From the NCBI GenBank assembly GCA_948436455.1, contig CAOJIB010000001.1:9525-73524 (forward strand): a stretch of 64,000 bases of DNA, given 5' to 3'. The position numbers and the translations under genes are program-made. Below, one piece after another: positions 20,019 to 30,900 of this stretch; position 1 is the stretch's first letter; each line of letters starts with the position of its first letter. The notes under the pieces were generated by a model. It had not been told where the DNA came from and ran no database searches. It saw only the letters and a program-made list of their open reading frames with translations. The stretch comes from an uncultured Blautia sp. (GTDB lineage: Bacteria; Bacillota; Clostridia; Lachnospirales; Lachnospiraceae).

Positions 20019-20168
20019 CTATTTCGTTTCCTTATGCAGCGTATGTCTCCTGCAGAATTTACAATATTTCCTGGTTTCCAACCGCTCCGGATGGTTTTTC
20101 TTTTCTTTCGTCATATTGTAGTTCCGTTGCTTACACTCCGTACATGCCAATGTGATCTTAACGCGCAC
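20019..20168 (-). CDS. rpmG: 50S ribosomal protein L33
   Basis: GTG start after GGAGG; [16 protein letters not shown]...KYCKFC..HKETK. Confidence 0.97.
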   Translation of the reverse strand: MRVKITLACTECKQRNYNMTKEKKNHPERLETRKYCKFCRRHTLHKETK

Positions 20169-20262
20169 AACTTCCACCTCCACTGTTTTCATTTGCACAG
20201 TCTTCTTGCCCAATATCTATTTTTAGGCATAAAAAAAAGACTTCCTTCCATGTCGCCTGTTG

Positions 20263-20291
20263 AGTATAGCACAGAATATAGGGAATGTCAA
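20263..20291 (-). promoter_or_regulatory. SigA promoter of the rpmG-secE-nusG operon
   Basis: TTGACA-17nt-TATACT. Confidence 0.8.
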
Positions 20292-20592
20292 GGATTTTGC
20301 CACCTGCTTTTGTCATTTTACCGCCAAAACCCGCTTGCATGCAGCACGCCGCCATTGTAAAAATAATATAAATAGGAAGAAAGGAGGCGTATCCTTATGA
20401 AGCCCTTGAAACGTTCCCTGATTCATACCGCTGGGATCATCCTACCGTTTTCTCTGGGAAACATACTCGATTTGGAGCGCTCTGCGTATTGGCGGCCTTT
20501 GGCTTCGCCCTCAACTATCTGCTTCTTCCTGCCATCCGCTATGCCAAGAGCATTGAACGACCTTGCGGACGGCAGAAAAATTTTGCAGATGA

Positions 20593-21633
20593 TTATTCCC
20601 GATAATCTCCTCGATCCGTCACCAGCTCGTAGCCGATCGCTTCCATCCGGCGACTTAAGCCTTCGCGGGATTCCGCAGCCTCTTCCCCGGTACAGATCTT
20701 ATTGTCGTACAATTCATATAGCTTCCGGTTTTCCACCGGGGAAAGGTTCGGCATCACCACGTTAGCCCCGACAAGAATTCCCTTTTCCCGCCCTGCGGTA
20801 TCGGCCGTCCCCAGCGCCGTCGTGGCGGGCAAAAGCACATGAGGAAGCAAAATTCGAAGGACGGACAGCAAAAACAGCGTCAGCTGCACGCTTCCCGCCT
20901 GCTCATCGGCGAACGGCGTATCATGGTGGGGAATGAACGGTCCGATTCCCACCATCTGCGGCTGTAATTTCCGCAAAAAAAGCAGATCTTCAGCCAGATG
21001 CTCCAGTGTCTGGCCCGGTGAGCCTACCATGAAGCCGGCGCCCACCTGGTAGCCCAATTCCTTAAGGTCGTACAAGCATTTCTTCCGCACTGTCAGCAGC
21101 ATCTCTTTGGGATGCAGACTTTTGTAATGATCCTCCGTAGCCGTTTCATGGCGCAGTAAATAGCGGTCTGCTCCGGCCTCCCTAAACGCCCGATAGCTTT
21201 CATAGGATTTTTCTCCAATGGATAATGTCAACGCACAATCTGGATAAGCCGCTTTTATCCGCCGGATCAGTCCCACGATTCGCTCGTCCGTATAATAGGG
21301 GTCTTCTCCGCCCTGTAAGACAAAGGTGCGAAAGCCCAGCGCGTAGCCGTTGGCGCAGCAAGCAAGGATCTCCTCTTCGCTCAACCGATAACGCGAGGCG
21401 TTTTTATTGCTTCTGCGAATCCCGCAGTAATAGCAGTCGTTTTTGCAATAGTTGGTAAATTCGATTAGGCCACGAATGAACACAGCCGTTCCATATACTT
21501 CCTTCCGTATGCGCACCGCCTCGTCGGCCAGCCGTTTGACGGCGGCCTCGTTTCCCGCCAGCTTTAAAAGCTCTATAAATTCTTCCTTCGTAAATTCTGC
21601 CGAATGCTCCAGAAATCTTTCCACATACTCCAT
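20593..21633 (-). CDS. hydE: [FeFe]-hydrogenase maturation radical SAM protein HydE
   Basis: RGLIEFTNYCKNDCYYCG, YLLRHET, GANVVMPN, LYDNKIC. Confidence 0.9.
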   Translation of the reverse strand: MEYVERFLEHSAEFTKEEFIELLKLAGNEAAVKRLADEAVRIRKEVYGTAVFIRGLIEFTNYCKNDCYYCGIRRSNKNASRYRLSEEEILACCANGYALGFRTFVLQGGEDPYYTDERIVGLIRRIKAAYPDCALTLSIGEKSYESYRAFREAGADRYLLRHETATEDHYKSLHPKEMLLTVRKKCLYDLKELGYQVGAGFMVGSPGQTLEHLAEDLLFLRKLQPQMVGIGPFIPHHDTPFADEQAGSVQLTLFLLSVLRILLPHVLLPATTALGTADTAGREKGILVGANVVMPNLSPVENRKLYELYDNKICTGEEAAESREGLSRRMEAIGYELVTDRGDYRE

Positions 21634-21642
21634 ATCTTTCTC

Positions 21643-22716
21643 CTACTGTATCGTACCGCCGCCGATTACCACGTCGCCGTCGTATAAAACGACCGCCTGG
21701 CCGGCTGTGATCGCCCTTTGCGGCTCTGTAAACGTCACCTGCAAAAGGTTTCCCGAAAGCTGGCGAACGTCTGCCCATTGTTCCTTTTGCCGATAGCGCA
21801 CTTTCGCCTTTACGCGCATCGTCCCTTCTATATGATCTGTAGCAACGAGATTCACATCTTTTGCCGTCAGCGTACTGGTAAACAAATCTTCATTCGTTCC
21901 TAAGGTAACTGTATTTCGCACCGCGTCCACCGCCGTCACATACATTGGTTCCCCAAAAGCAAGGCCCAACCCTTTGCGCTGCCCAACCGTATAGCGAATC
22001 ACCCCTTGATGCTTGCCCAGAAGCTCACCGTTCTTGTCGATAAAATTTCCATGCGGATAGGTTTTTCCGGTATATTGCCGGATAAAGTCCACATAGCTTC
22101 CTTCCGGCACGAAGCAGATATCCTGACTATCCGGCTTTTTCGCATTGACAAACCCCTGCGTCTTTGCGATCTCCCGAACCGTATGCTTTTCCATCTCTCC
22201 CAGTGGAAACTGTACATGAGCAAGCTGTTCCTGCGTCAGGGAATACAACACATAGCTCTGATCCTTAGATGGATCCGCCGCCTTTTTCAGTAAATATCTG
22301 CCGCTGAGTGCATCGTAAGCCGTCCGAACATAGTGCCCCGTCACCACCGTATCATAACCCAGCTCCATCGCCCGCCGGAACAGCATTTCAAATTTCAGGT
22401 ACCGGTTGCAATCGATACACGGATTCGGCGTCCGCCCGTGCTCATAGGCATTTACAAATCGATCCAACACCTCCCGGGAAAACTTGTCCGAAAAGTCCCA
22501 CACATAATGGCGCATGCCCAGGGAAAAGGCAACTCGCCTTGCATCCTCCGCATCCTCCAAAGAACAACAGGCGGAATCCTTTGAAATCCCCACGTCCGTA
22601 TTTTGAAAAAGCTTCATCGTAACGCCGATGCATTCATAGCCCCGCTCTTTCATTAAATAAGCGGCCACACTGGAATCCACGCCGCCGCTCATGGCAATTA
22701 ACGCTTTTTTCTTCAA
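21643..22716 (-). CDS. mnmA: tRNA 2-thiouridylase MnmA
   Basis: AMSGGVDSS, TPNPCIDCN, KDQSY, DSQDICF, YTVGQRKGLG; TTG start after GAGGAGG. Confidence 0.95.
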   Translation of the reverse strand: MKKKALIAMSGGVDSSVAAYLMKERGYECIGVTMKLFQNTDVGISKDSACCSLEDAEDARRVAFSLGMRHYVWDFSDKFSREVLDRFVNAYEHGRTPNPCIDCNRYLKFEMLFRRAMELGYDTVVTGHYVRTAYDALSGRYLLKKAADPSKDQSYVLYSLTQEQLAHVQFPLGEMEKHTVREIAKTQGFVNAKKPDSQDICFVPEGSYVDFIRQYTGKTYPHGNFIDKNGELLGKHQGVIRYTVGQRKGLGLAFGEPMYVTAVDAVRNTVTLGTNEDLFTSTLTAKDVNLVATDHIEGTMRVKAKVRYRQKEQWADVRQLSGNLLQVTFTEPQRAITAGQAVVLYDGDVVIGGGTIQ

Positions 22717-22852
22717 TCGCTCCTCCTCGCTGGCGCCGCTTTGAACACCTTTGATAATCCTCCCTAGTTTCAAAATCATATGTTTTTCTTTATCCTATCA
22801 TATTTATCTAATAAAGGATATCCCTTTTACCCAAAACGGCGCTCTGACTTAT

Positions 22853-22879
22853 TTATCGGCACATTTCTTATATCTTTTG
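22853..22879 (-). promoter_or_regulatory. Sigma-28-like promoter pointing at mnmA-hydE
   Basis: CAAA-15nt-GCCGATAA on the minus strand. Confidence 0.6.
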
Positions 22880-22920
22880 TAAAAATGTGTAAAAAAATGT
22901 CTAAAAACCGCAAAATGCAC

Positions 22921-22949
22921 TTGCATTTCCTATAATGATTTGCTAGAAT
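22921..22949 (+). promoter_or_regulatory. SigA-type promoter firing into an ORF-less region
   Basis: TTGCAT-17nt-TAGAAT. Confidence 0.55.
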
Positions 22950-23481
22950 ATAGATGGTTTTAAACAGCTTTGTACTATCGGCTGTATTTTATGGGGACTG
23001 TTATATAAGCAATACGTCTATACATTTCTATATGATCGTCTTTTTCCATGAAAAACAGATTTCTGAGGCACCACGTTATTTCATGACAGATAGTACTTTA
23101 TAAAATCATTTCTGCTATTAAGCATCGGCTTAATAGATTTTCCCGGATAATGCAATAATTTCTTTAGTATGGTTCTGCTATCCTCTGTTATACAGCGGAT
23201 TTTTTACAAAATATAGTAATGAAAAATCAAAATACAGCACATACTGACAGAAATATCCTGCATGCCCGGATATTTGCATTTCTATGTTTCATATCTATTT
23301 TGATATTCCGGACAAGCTGTTTCCTTTCCGGAAAAAGCCTGTCCGGAGCCCATCTTTGATTCCTATTCCACTTTCCCCAACTGTCGACGTAAAATTCTGT
23401 TTTTTCTCTCCCCTGTTTATTCCTGGTATGGAACGGCCTTTCCCGGAATAAGCTGTAAAAAAAGGAAATGAGGCAACATGT

Positions 23482-25167
23482 GTGGCATATCAGGATTTAC
23501 CTGCAGTCAGCGAAAACTATGCAGATTTTATCATTCAATATAACAGAAATCTGCCCAGTATTTTTGAAAGCATTCCCGGCAGTTCTTTTCAAATCATTGA
23601 TTCTAATTTCGCCATAGTATACGTTCCACTGGAGAGTACCGACGGACTGGAAGTAAACAGCTACAGCTACAACAGTATTCCAAAATGCTATACGTATATG
23701 AATCGTGAATACTTAAATAGCGCAGGAATTCTGCGGCTTCATAATCATTCCTATCTGCGGCTGCGTGGAAAAAAAACGGCGGTCGCCGTCATCGATTCCG
23801 GCGTTGACTATACGCATCCCGCTTTTTTAGACGGTAAGAAAACCAGGATCGCCGCCATCTGGGACCAAAGTCTGCCTGGCGACGACCGAACGGAAGTCCC
23901 CTATGGAACAGAATTTACCGGCGAACAGATCCAGCAGGCGCTTGACAGCCCTGATCCTTGGGCGATCGTGCCTACGGTGGATACCGACGAGCACGGTACT
24001 TTCCTGACCGGGATCGCCGCCGGAAGCGATTTGCCCGTCGACGATTTTACCGGAGCGGCGCCAGAAGCAACCATTATCGTTGTAAAGCTCAAACAGGCCA
24101 AGCAATATCTGCGAAATCTGTTTCTAATTCCCTCTCAGGCCGCAGCCCTCCAGGAAAACGATATCATACTAGGCATCTGGTACGCAACAAAAAAAGCACA
24201 GGAGCTACAGCTACCTCTGTCTATCTGCGTCGGCCTTGGCAGTAATTTGGGCTCGCATATGGGTGGCAGCCCATTGGCGCAATATATGAATCATATCACA
24301 CACTTTTCCAAGAATATTCTTTGTGTAGCGGCAGGAAACGAGGGAAACACCAGAAATCATTTTATGGGAATGCTTCGAAAGCAGGAAACGCAGGTGGCGG
24401 CCGAACTGCGGGTCGGTGAAAATGAAACTGGATTTTCGGCGGAACTGTGGGGCATATCCCCCGGCTCTTATTACCTGTCGATCCAGTCGCCTACCGGAGA
24501 ACTACTTCCCGTCTCTACAACCCGGCGGAATATTACCCAAACACTTTCCTTTGTCTTTGTGGAAACAAAAATCGAAGTCAGTTACATGCCTATTGAAAGA
24601 GAAAGCGGGAGCACGCTTTTTTTCATGCGGTTTCTGCAGCCTGCCGCAGGTATCTGGCGTCTGTTAGTAGGCGGGGACCGGAACCCGGATCTGGATTTCC
24701 ATATCTGGCTTCCGGCAGCGCCTTTTTTGTCCGCCGACACGTATTTTCTTCAGCCTTCGCCCTATGTGACCATTACAAATCCGGGAAATGTTGAAGGAAT
24801 CCTTACTGTAACTGCCTATGACACTGAAAATGAAAGCCTCTATCTGGAAGCCAGCCGAGGATATTCCGCTTCCGGCTATGTAAAACCAGATCTGGCCGCT
24901 CCCGGCGTCAATCTCTTAGGGCCGGACACCCAAAGCGGTTTCACACCCCGCTCAGGAACCAGTATTTCCGCGGCCGTCGCCGCCGGCGCTTCCGCCCTCC
25001 TATTTGAATGGGCGATCACTCGGGGAAACGCGCCTTATATGAACGGAACCAATGCGAAAAATTATTTTCTCCGGGGCGCCGGCCGGCGGGACGGCCTGGA
25101 ATACCCCAATCCGGACTGGGGCTACGGCACGCTGGATCTATACCGAATCTTTGAAGATCTGCTGTAA
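23482..25167 (+). CDS. S8 subtilisin-like protease, Csp (spore germination protease)-like
   Basis: Triad motifs VIDSG, DEHGT and SGTS; AAGNEG, KPDLAAPG; C-terminal YPNPDWGYG. Confidence 0.85.
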   Translation: MAYQDLPAVSENYADFIIQYNRNLPSIFESIPGSSFQIIDSNFAIVYVPLESTDGLEVNSYSYNSIPKCYTYMNREYLNSAGILRLHNHSYLRLRGKKTAVAVIDSGVDYTHPAFLDGKKTRIAAIWDQSLPGDDRTEVPYGTEFTGEQIQQALDSPDPWAIVPTVDTDEHGTFLTGIAAGSDLPVDDFTGAAPEATIIVVKLKQAKQYLRNLFLIPSQAAALQENDIILGIWYATKKAQELQLPLSICVGLGSNLGSHMGGSPLAQYMNHITHFSKNILCVAAGNEGNTRNHFMGMLRKQETQVAAELRVGENETGFSAELWGISPGSYYLSIQSPTGELLPVSTTRRNITQTLSFVFVETKIEVSYMPIERESGSTLFFMRFLQPAAGIWRLLVGGDRNPDLDFHIWLPAAPFLSADTYFLQPSPYVTITNPGNVEGILTVTAYDTENESLYLEASRGYSASGYVKPDLAAPGVNLLGPDTQSGFTPRSGTSISAAVAAGASALLFEWAITRGNAPYMNGTNAKNYFLRGAGRRDGLEYPNPDWGYGTLDLYRIFEDLL

Positions 25168-25250
25168 ATCCGCATAAAACGTAATATACGGGGAAATAGT
25201 ATTCCTAAAGCATTTATAATATCATAAATATCATACAAGGAGGTCCGGCA

Positions 25251-26237
25251 GTGAAAATACTGTTTTACGGCGCAAAAAAATACGACGAACAATCCTTTCG
25301 CTGGCATCTGAAAGAATACCCGGAAATTTCTATAAAATTTATCGAAGCCAATATTTATGAAGAAACAGCCGCCCTGTCCAGAGGCTACGACGCCATCTGC
25401 GCTTTCGTAAACGCCGATCTTAGCGCCAACATACTCAAAACGCTCCATGAAAACAACATATCTCTGCTGCTTATGCGCTGCGCCGGATACAACAATATCG
25501 ACCTGCGCGCAGCCAGAGAATACGGGATGACAATTCTGCGCGTCCCCGGATATTCCCCGGAGGCCGTTGCCGAGCACGCCATGGCCCTGGTTTTAACGGC
25601 CAACCGTCACACGCACAAGGCCTATATCAAATGCCGGGAAAACAATTTCGCACTCAATGGTCTGATGGGCGTCAATCTCTATGGAAAAACCGCCGGAATC
25701 GTCGGTACAGGAAAGATCGGTCAGGCAATGGCCAAAATCTGCCGTGGCTTTGGTATGCGGGTCATCGGCTACGACGCCTATCCCAATTTCGCACTAGATT
25801 TTCTGGAATATGTTCCCTTGCAGGAGCTTTTACAAACCAGCGATCTAATTAGTCTCCACTGCCCCCTGACCGACGAAACCCATCACATGATAAACGCAAC
25901 GTCCATCCACCAAATGAAAGACGGTGTCATGCTGGTCAATACCTCCCGGGGCGGATTAATTAAAACGGAGGACCTGATCGACGGCATCCGGGAGCGCAAA
26001 TTCTTCGCCGTCGGACTGGACGTCTACGAAGAAGAAACAGATTTTGTCTATGAAGATATGTCCGAAGAAATCATGCCACGTTCTACTATGGCCCGCCTTT
26101 TATCTTTCCCCAACGTAACGATTACGTCTCACCAGGGCTTTTTTACACAGGAAGCGCTCTCCGCCATCGCATCTACTACGCTGGAAAACGCCCGTGCATA
26201 CTTGAACAAAGAAACGCTTCAAAACGAGGTAAAATAG
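25251..26237 (+). CDS. ldhA: D-lactate dehydrogenase (D-2-hydroxyacid dehydrogenase family)
   Basis: RCAGYNNID, YSPEAVAEH, GTGKIG, NTSRG, LDVYEEE. Confidence 0.88.
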   Translation: MKILFYGAKKYDEQSFRWHLKEYPEISIKFIEANIYEETAALSRGYDAICAFVNADLSANILKTLHENNISLLLMRCAGYNNIDLRAAREYGMTILRVPGYSPEAVAEHAMALVLTANRHTHKAYIKCRENNFALNGLMGVNLYGKTAGIVGTGKIGQAMAKICRGFGMRVIGYDAYPNFALDFLEYVPLQELLQTSDLISLHCPLTDETHHMINATSIHQMKDGVMLVNTSRGGLIKTEDLIDGIRERKFFAVGLDVYEEETDFVYEDMSEEIMPRSTMARLLSFPNVTITSHQGFFTQEALSAIASTTLENARAYLNKETLQNEVK

Positions 26238-26252
26238 GGAAAAAGAATAAAA

Positions 26253-27089
26253 TTATACCGTTCCCTTTTTAAAAGCGGCAATCATTTCCTGAGTAAGACT
26301 TACATCGTCCCCCTCTTCCGGGATATCCGCACGGGAAAACCACTCGGCCATAGACAGCTCCACACGATCCAGTGTGATCGTTTCCGCCCCGTCCAGCTCG
26401 CAGAAAAAGCCAAAAAGGAGCGTACCAGAAAAGGACCAGGGCTGGCTCTTATAATAACGAATATTTTTCACCCTTAAGCCCACCTCTTCCATCACTTCCC
26501 GATGGATCGTTTCTTCGATTGTTTCGCCGATTTCCGCATAACCGGCAATCAGCGCATGCTTTTTATGGGCGCGGCCATTATATTTGGAGAGCAGTAGCTT
26601 ATCTCCATGGGTAATAGCGACGATAACCGCCGGAGAAAGCTGGGGATATTCTTGTATATTGCAGCTTTCACAATACATCATCCGTTCCTTTTCGCTATGC
26701 CGCATCTCTCTCCCACAACAGCCGCAGTAACACCGCCTTGCATACCACTGGGACAATTGCAGGCCGGTCACGCCGGCAAAAGCCAGATATCTGGGAAACG
26801 CTGTGCGAAGTACGCGGATATTTTCAAAATGATACTCCGGCAGCAGTCCCGTATCCAGCCAAGGAAGCAGATAAAAGCGGTCGCCGTCGATGGAAAAAAG
26901 ATACTGGTAATTTTCATACAAACCCTGCTGCTTACTCTCCAATTCACAAAAACGGGGCAGGAACAGCTCCTCTCCCGCCAACTTCACCAGGATCTCCCCT
27001 TCCTTATAAGCCAGTACATAGCTTTCGGAAGAAGGCCTGACAGGCATATATTCATTATGATAAATACGTGGCGCAATATCCTGTATCAT
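26253..27089 (-). CDS. nudC: NAD(+) diphosphatase NudC
   Basis: Zinc finger YCGCCG..CESC, Nudix box AGYAEIGETIEETIHREVMEEVG, SQPW. Confidence 0.9.
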   Translation of the reverse strand: MIQDIAPRIYHNEYMPVRPSSESYVLAYKEGEILVKLAGEELFLPRFCELESKQQGLYENYQYLFSIDGDRFYLLPWLDTGLLPEYHFENIRVLRTAFPRYLAFAGVTGLQLSQWYARRCYCGCCGREMRHSEKERMMYCESCNIQEYPQLSPAVIVAITHGDKLLLSKYNGRAHKKHALIAGYAEIGETIEETIHREVMEEVGLRVKNIRYYKSQPWSFSGTLLFGFFCELDGAETITLDRVELSMAEWFSRADIPEEGDDVSLTQEMIAAFKKGTV

Positions 27090-27113
27090 AAGCTCCTCCT
27101 ATCCTTTGGGCCT

Positions 27114-27557
27114 TTACAGGCTCTTCTTAAATACAATATAGCGACTAAACAAATAATTCAGCACCAGCACCAGGAACTGAACCAAAAACTTTCCCCACAT
27201 ATCTGGCAGGCCAAGCACCGGAATCAACAGCCAGACACCGACAACCTCAATAACCATCGTCACGCCACGAGCTCCCAGAAAGCGAAAAAATGGGGGAAGA
27301 TGTTCCCGGAGGCTTCCGTAGCGTTCTCGAAATACATATTTCGCATTTACCACATAAGCAAACAGAATGGCCGTTACAATCGAAAGAACATTCGCCGTCT
27401 GCAGCTCCATATACAAAACGCGTCGGAACAGATAAAAGCTCGACAGATTTACAAGGGTTGTCAGCCCTCCAAAAAATACATAACGCACAACCGAAGTCAT
27501 CCGCTCGGAGCCTGCCAATGTTTTTACCGTTCTATAAAGTCGGATCACCTGTCTCAT
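27114..27557 (-). CDS. GtrA family membrane protein
   Basis: RYVFFGGLTTLVN, FAYVVN..YVF and NYLFSRYIVF; four transmembrane helices. Confidence 0.85.
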   Translation of the reverse strand: MRQVIRLYRTVKTLAGSERMTSVVRYVFFGGLTTLVNLSSFYLFRRVLYMELQTANVLSIVTAILFAYVVNAKYVFRERYGSLREHLPPFFRFLGARGVTMVIEVVGVWLLIPVLGLPDMWGKFLVQFLVLVLNYLFSRYIVFKKSL

Positions 27558-27700
27558 TGACGAATATGAATCCCCTGTTCCTCAATAAAATCTTCCAGAT
27601 CCGCCAGCGCATCCTCCGCCCAGGTTTCCGAAAGTTTCTGTTCTTTTTTGACTTCTGTGGTTTCCTTCTGTTCTTCCTTTCTCTCCTTGCGTTCTTCCAT
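27554..27700 (-). CDS. Small acidic hypothetical protein (48 aa)
   Basis: Manual translation MEERKE...ALADLEDFIEEQGIHIRQ; RBS AGGAGG; ATGA overlap with the GtrA gene. Confidence 0.6.
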   Translation of the reverse strand: MEERKERKEEQKETTEVKKEQKLSETWAEDALADLEDFIEEQGIHIRQ

Positions 27701-27900
27701 AACTTCCCTCCTATACTGTAAAGCGGCGTTCCGCTTATTTCTTCCAAGAATTTTCTATAAAAAAGAGGGCAGCGTCAAAAAAACACCGACCCCCTTGTCT
27801 TTTCCTTGTTTCTACCGCCGGGTAACCGCAGGGGAATCCTCTGCAGCCACCCGGCAGCCTTTACACTCTTTCCTAATCTATAGAAACCTGTTTTCTATAA

Positions 27901-30900
27901 TTATTCCTCTGCACCGTAAAGAGTTACCAGCTTATTCAGATAAGCGAATCTCTCCTTTGCCTGCGCTTCATTCACTGCAAACAGCTTCGCCGCCTTTTCC
28001 GGATTGGAACGCTTCAGAGAATTGTAACGAACCTCGCCGTCCAGGAATTCCTGATAATCGCCGGCCGGAGCCTTGCTGTCCAGAGTAAATTTCTTATCTG
28101 CATCCGGATTGAAGCGGAACAGATGCCAATAGCCGCATTTTACAGCTAATTCTTCCTCTGTCTGGGCCTTGCTCATGCCCTTCTTGATACCGTGATTGAT
28201 ACACGGCGCGTAAGCGATGATCAGCGAGGGACCCGGATAAGCCTCTGCCTCTGTGATCGCTTTTACAGTCTGATTGTAATCCGCACCCATAGCGATCTGA
28301 GCAACGTATACGTAACCATAGCTCATAGCGATGGAAGCCATATCTTTCTTCTTCACTTCCTTGCCGCCGGCTGCAAACTGTGCGATCGCGCCAGTCGGTG
28401 TAGACTTGGAAGACTGTCCGCCCGTATTGGAATAGACCTCGGTATCGAATACCAGGATATTGATGTCCTGTCCGCTGGCCAGCACATGGTCTACGCCGCC
28501 GAAGCCGATGTCATAAGCCCAGCCGTCGCCGCCGAAGATCCACTGGGATTTCTTCGCCAGATAATCCTTCTGAGCCAGGATGTCCTTTGCCTTCTCACAG
28601 CCGCAGGCCTCTAACGCCGCAATGAGCTTTTCTGTCGCCGCGCCGTTGCTTGCACCGCAGGAGAAGGTCTCCAGCCATTCGCGGCCGGCAGCCTTTACGT
28701 CCTCATTATTACCGTTTGCTACTACGTCTTCTACCTTTGCCTTTAGGCCGTCGCGAATTGCCAGCTGTGCCAACAGCATACCATAGCCGAACTCTGCGTT
28801 ATCCTCGAACAGGGAATTGGCCCATGCGGGACCCTGCCCCTTCGGATTTACTGTATACGGTGTGGACGGAGAAGAGTTGCCCCAGATAGAGGAACAGCCT
28901 GTCGCGTTCGCCAGATACATCCGATCGCCGTACAGCTGCGTAACTAATTTTGCATACGGAGTTTCGCCGCAGCCTGCGCAGGCGCCGGAGAACTCAAGCA
29001 ACGGCTGCTTGAACTGGCTTCCCTTTACTGTGGTTTCTTTATATTTGGCAACGACGTCTTCTTTCACCGGAAGATCCGTACCATAATCGAAGTATTTCTG
29101 CTCGCCTGCGTTGGCTTCCATATTGGCCATAGCCAGCGCCTTCGCGCCCTTCTTGCCCGGGCATACATTCGCGCAGGAACCGCAGCCTGTACAGTCGTAT
29201 GCGGATACAACGATTGCAAATTTGTAGCCGTCCATGCCGGTCATTGCCAATGTCTTCATGCCTTCAGGAGCTGCCGCAGCTTCCGCCTCTGTCATCGCCA
29301 CCGGACGAATTACGGCGTGCGGGCAGACATACGCGCAGCGGTTACACTGAATACAGTTCTCCGGCTGCCATACAGGAACATCTACAGCAATACCGCGTTT
29401 CTCATAAGCAGCGGTACCGGAGGGCGTTGTGCCGTCCACATAATCCTTAAAGGCAGATACAGGCAGTGTATTTCCTTCTTGTGCATTCACCTTTGCCTGG
29501 ATATTATTTACGAAATCAACCACTTCTTTACGGCCTTCTTTCGCATGAGACATAAACAGGCCTTCGTCCGCGCAGTCTTTCCAACTGTCGGGAATTTGTA
29601 CTTCTACGATCTGCTTTGCGCCTGCGTCTATGGCGTCGTAGTTCATCTGTACGATCTTATCGCCCTTGCGGCCATAGGTAGCCTTTGCAGCAGCTTTCAT
29701 CAGCTCGATAGCATGTTCCTCAGGAATAATGCCGGCCAGCTTGAAGAATGCGGACTGCAGAACGGTATTGATACGTCCGCCAAGGCCGATCTCTTTACCG
29801 ATCTTGATGCCGTCGATGATATAGAATTTGATATTGTGCTTCGCAATAAATGCCTTTACCTGTCCCGGCAGATGCTTTTCCAGTCCTTCCATATCCCACG
29901 GGCAGTTCAGAAGGAAGGTACCGCCGTCTACCAGCTCCTGTACCATATTGTATTTATTGACATAGGACGGATTATGACATGCCACGAAGTTCGCCTGCTT
30001 GATCAGATAGGTAGACTTAATGGGCTTCTTGCCAAAACGCAGATGCGACATGGTCACGCCGCCGGACTTCTTGGAATCATAGTCAAAATACGCCTGAGCA
30101 TACATGTCCGTATTATCGCCGATAATCTTAATGGAGTTCTTATTGGCGCCTACCGTACCGTCTGCACCCAGTCCCCAGAATTTGCAGTTGATTGTCCCTT
30201 CCGGCGTAGTTACTAACGGAGCGCCGATTTCCAGAGACAGATTGGTCACGTCGTCTACGATACCTACGGTAAATTTCGCCTTTGCGGTATTTTCAAATAC
30301 AGCAACAATCTGTGCGGGAGTCGTATCCTTAGAAGCAAGACCGTAACGTCCGCAAAATACCGGAACAGCGTCAAACTTCGTGCCCTTTAAAGCAGCTACT
30401 ACGTCCAAATACAAAGGATCGGATGCACCCGGCTCCTTCGTTCTGTCCAGTACGCTAATCTGCTTTACAGTATCCGGAATCGCGTCGATCAGTGCGGATG
30501 CGCTAAACGGTCTGTACAGACGTACCTTTACAACGCCGACCTTCTTGCCCTGCGCCATCAGATAATCTACGGTTTCCTCAATCGTATCGTTTACGGAACC
30601 CATAGCTACGATTACGTGCTCGGCATCCTCGGCACCGTAGTAGTTAAACAGCTTATAATTGGTGCCGATCTTTGCATTTACTTTATCCATGTATTCCTGT
30701 ACGATCGCCGGAAGCGCATCGTAGTAAGGATTACATGCTTCTCTTGCCTGGAAGAAAATATCGGAATTCTGAGCAGAACCTCTCTGGCAGGGGTGGTTGG
30801 GATTTAACGCGCGGTTACGGAATTCATTCACTGCATCCATATCCACCATATCTTTCAGATCCTCATAATCCCAAGTTTCAATCTTCTGGATCTCATGAGA

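Noticed and set aside
23482-25167. Csp protease as a CspC-type pseudoprotease
   Set aside because: Asp, His and Ser triad motifs are all present.
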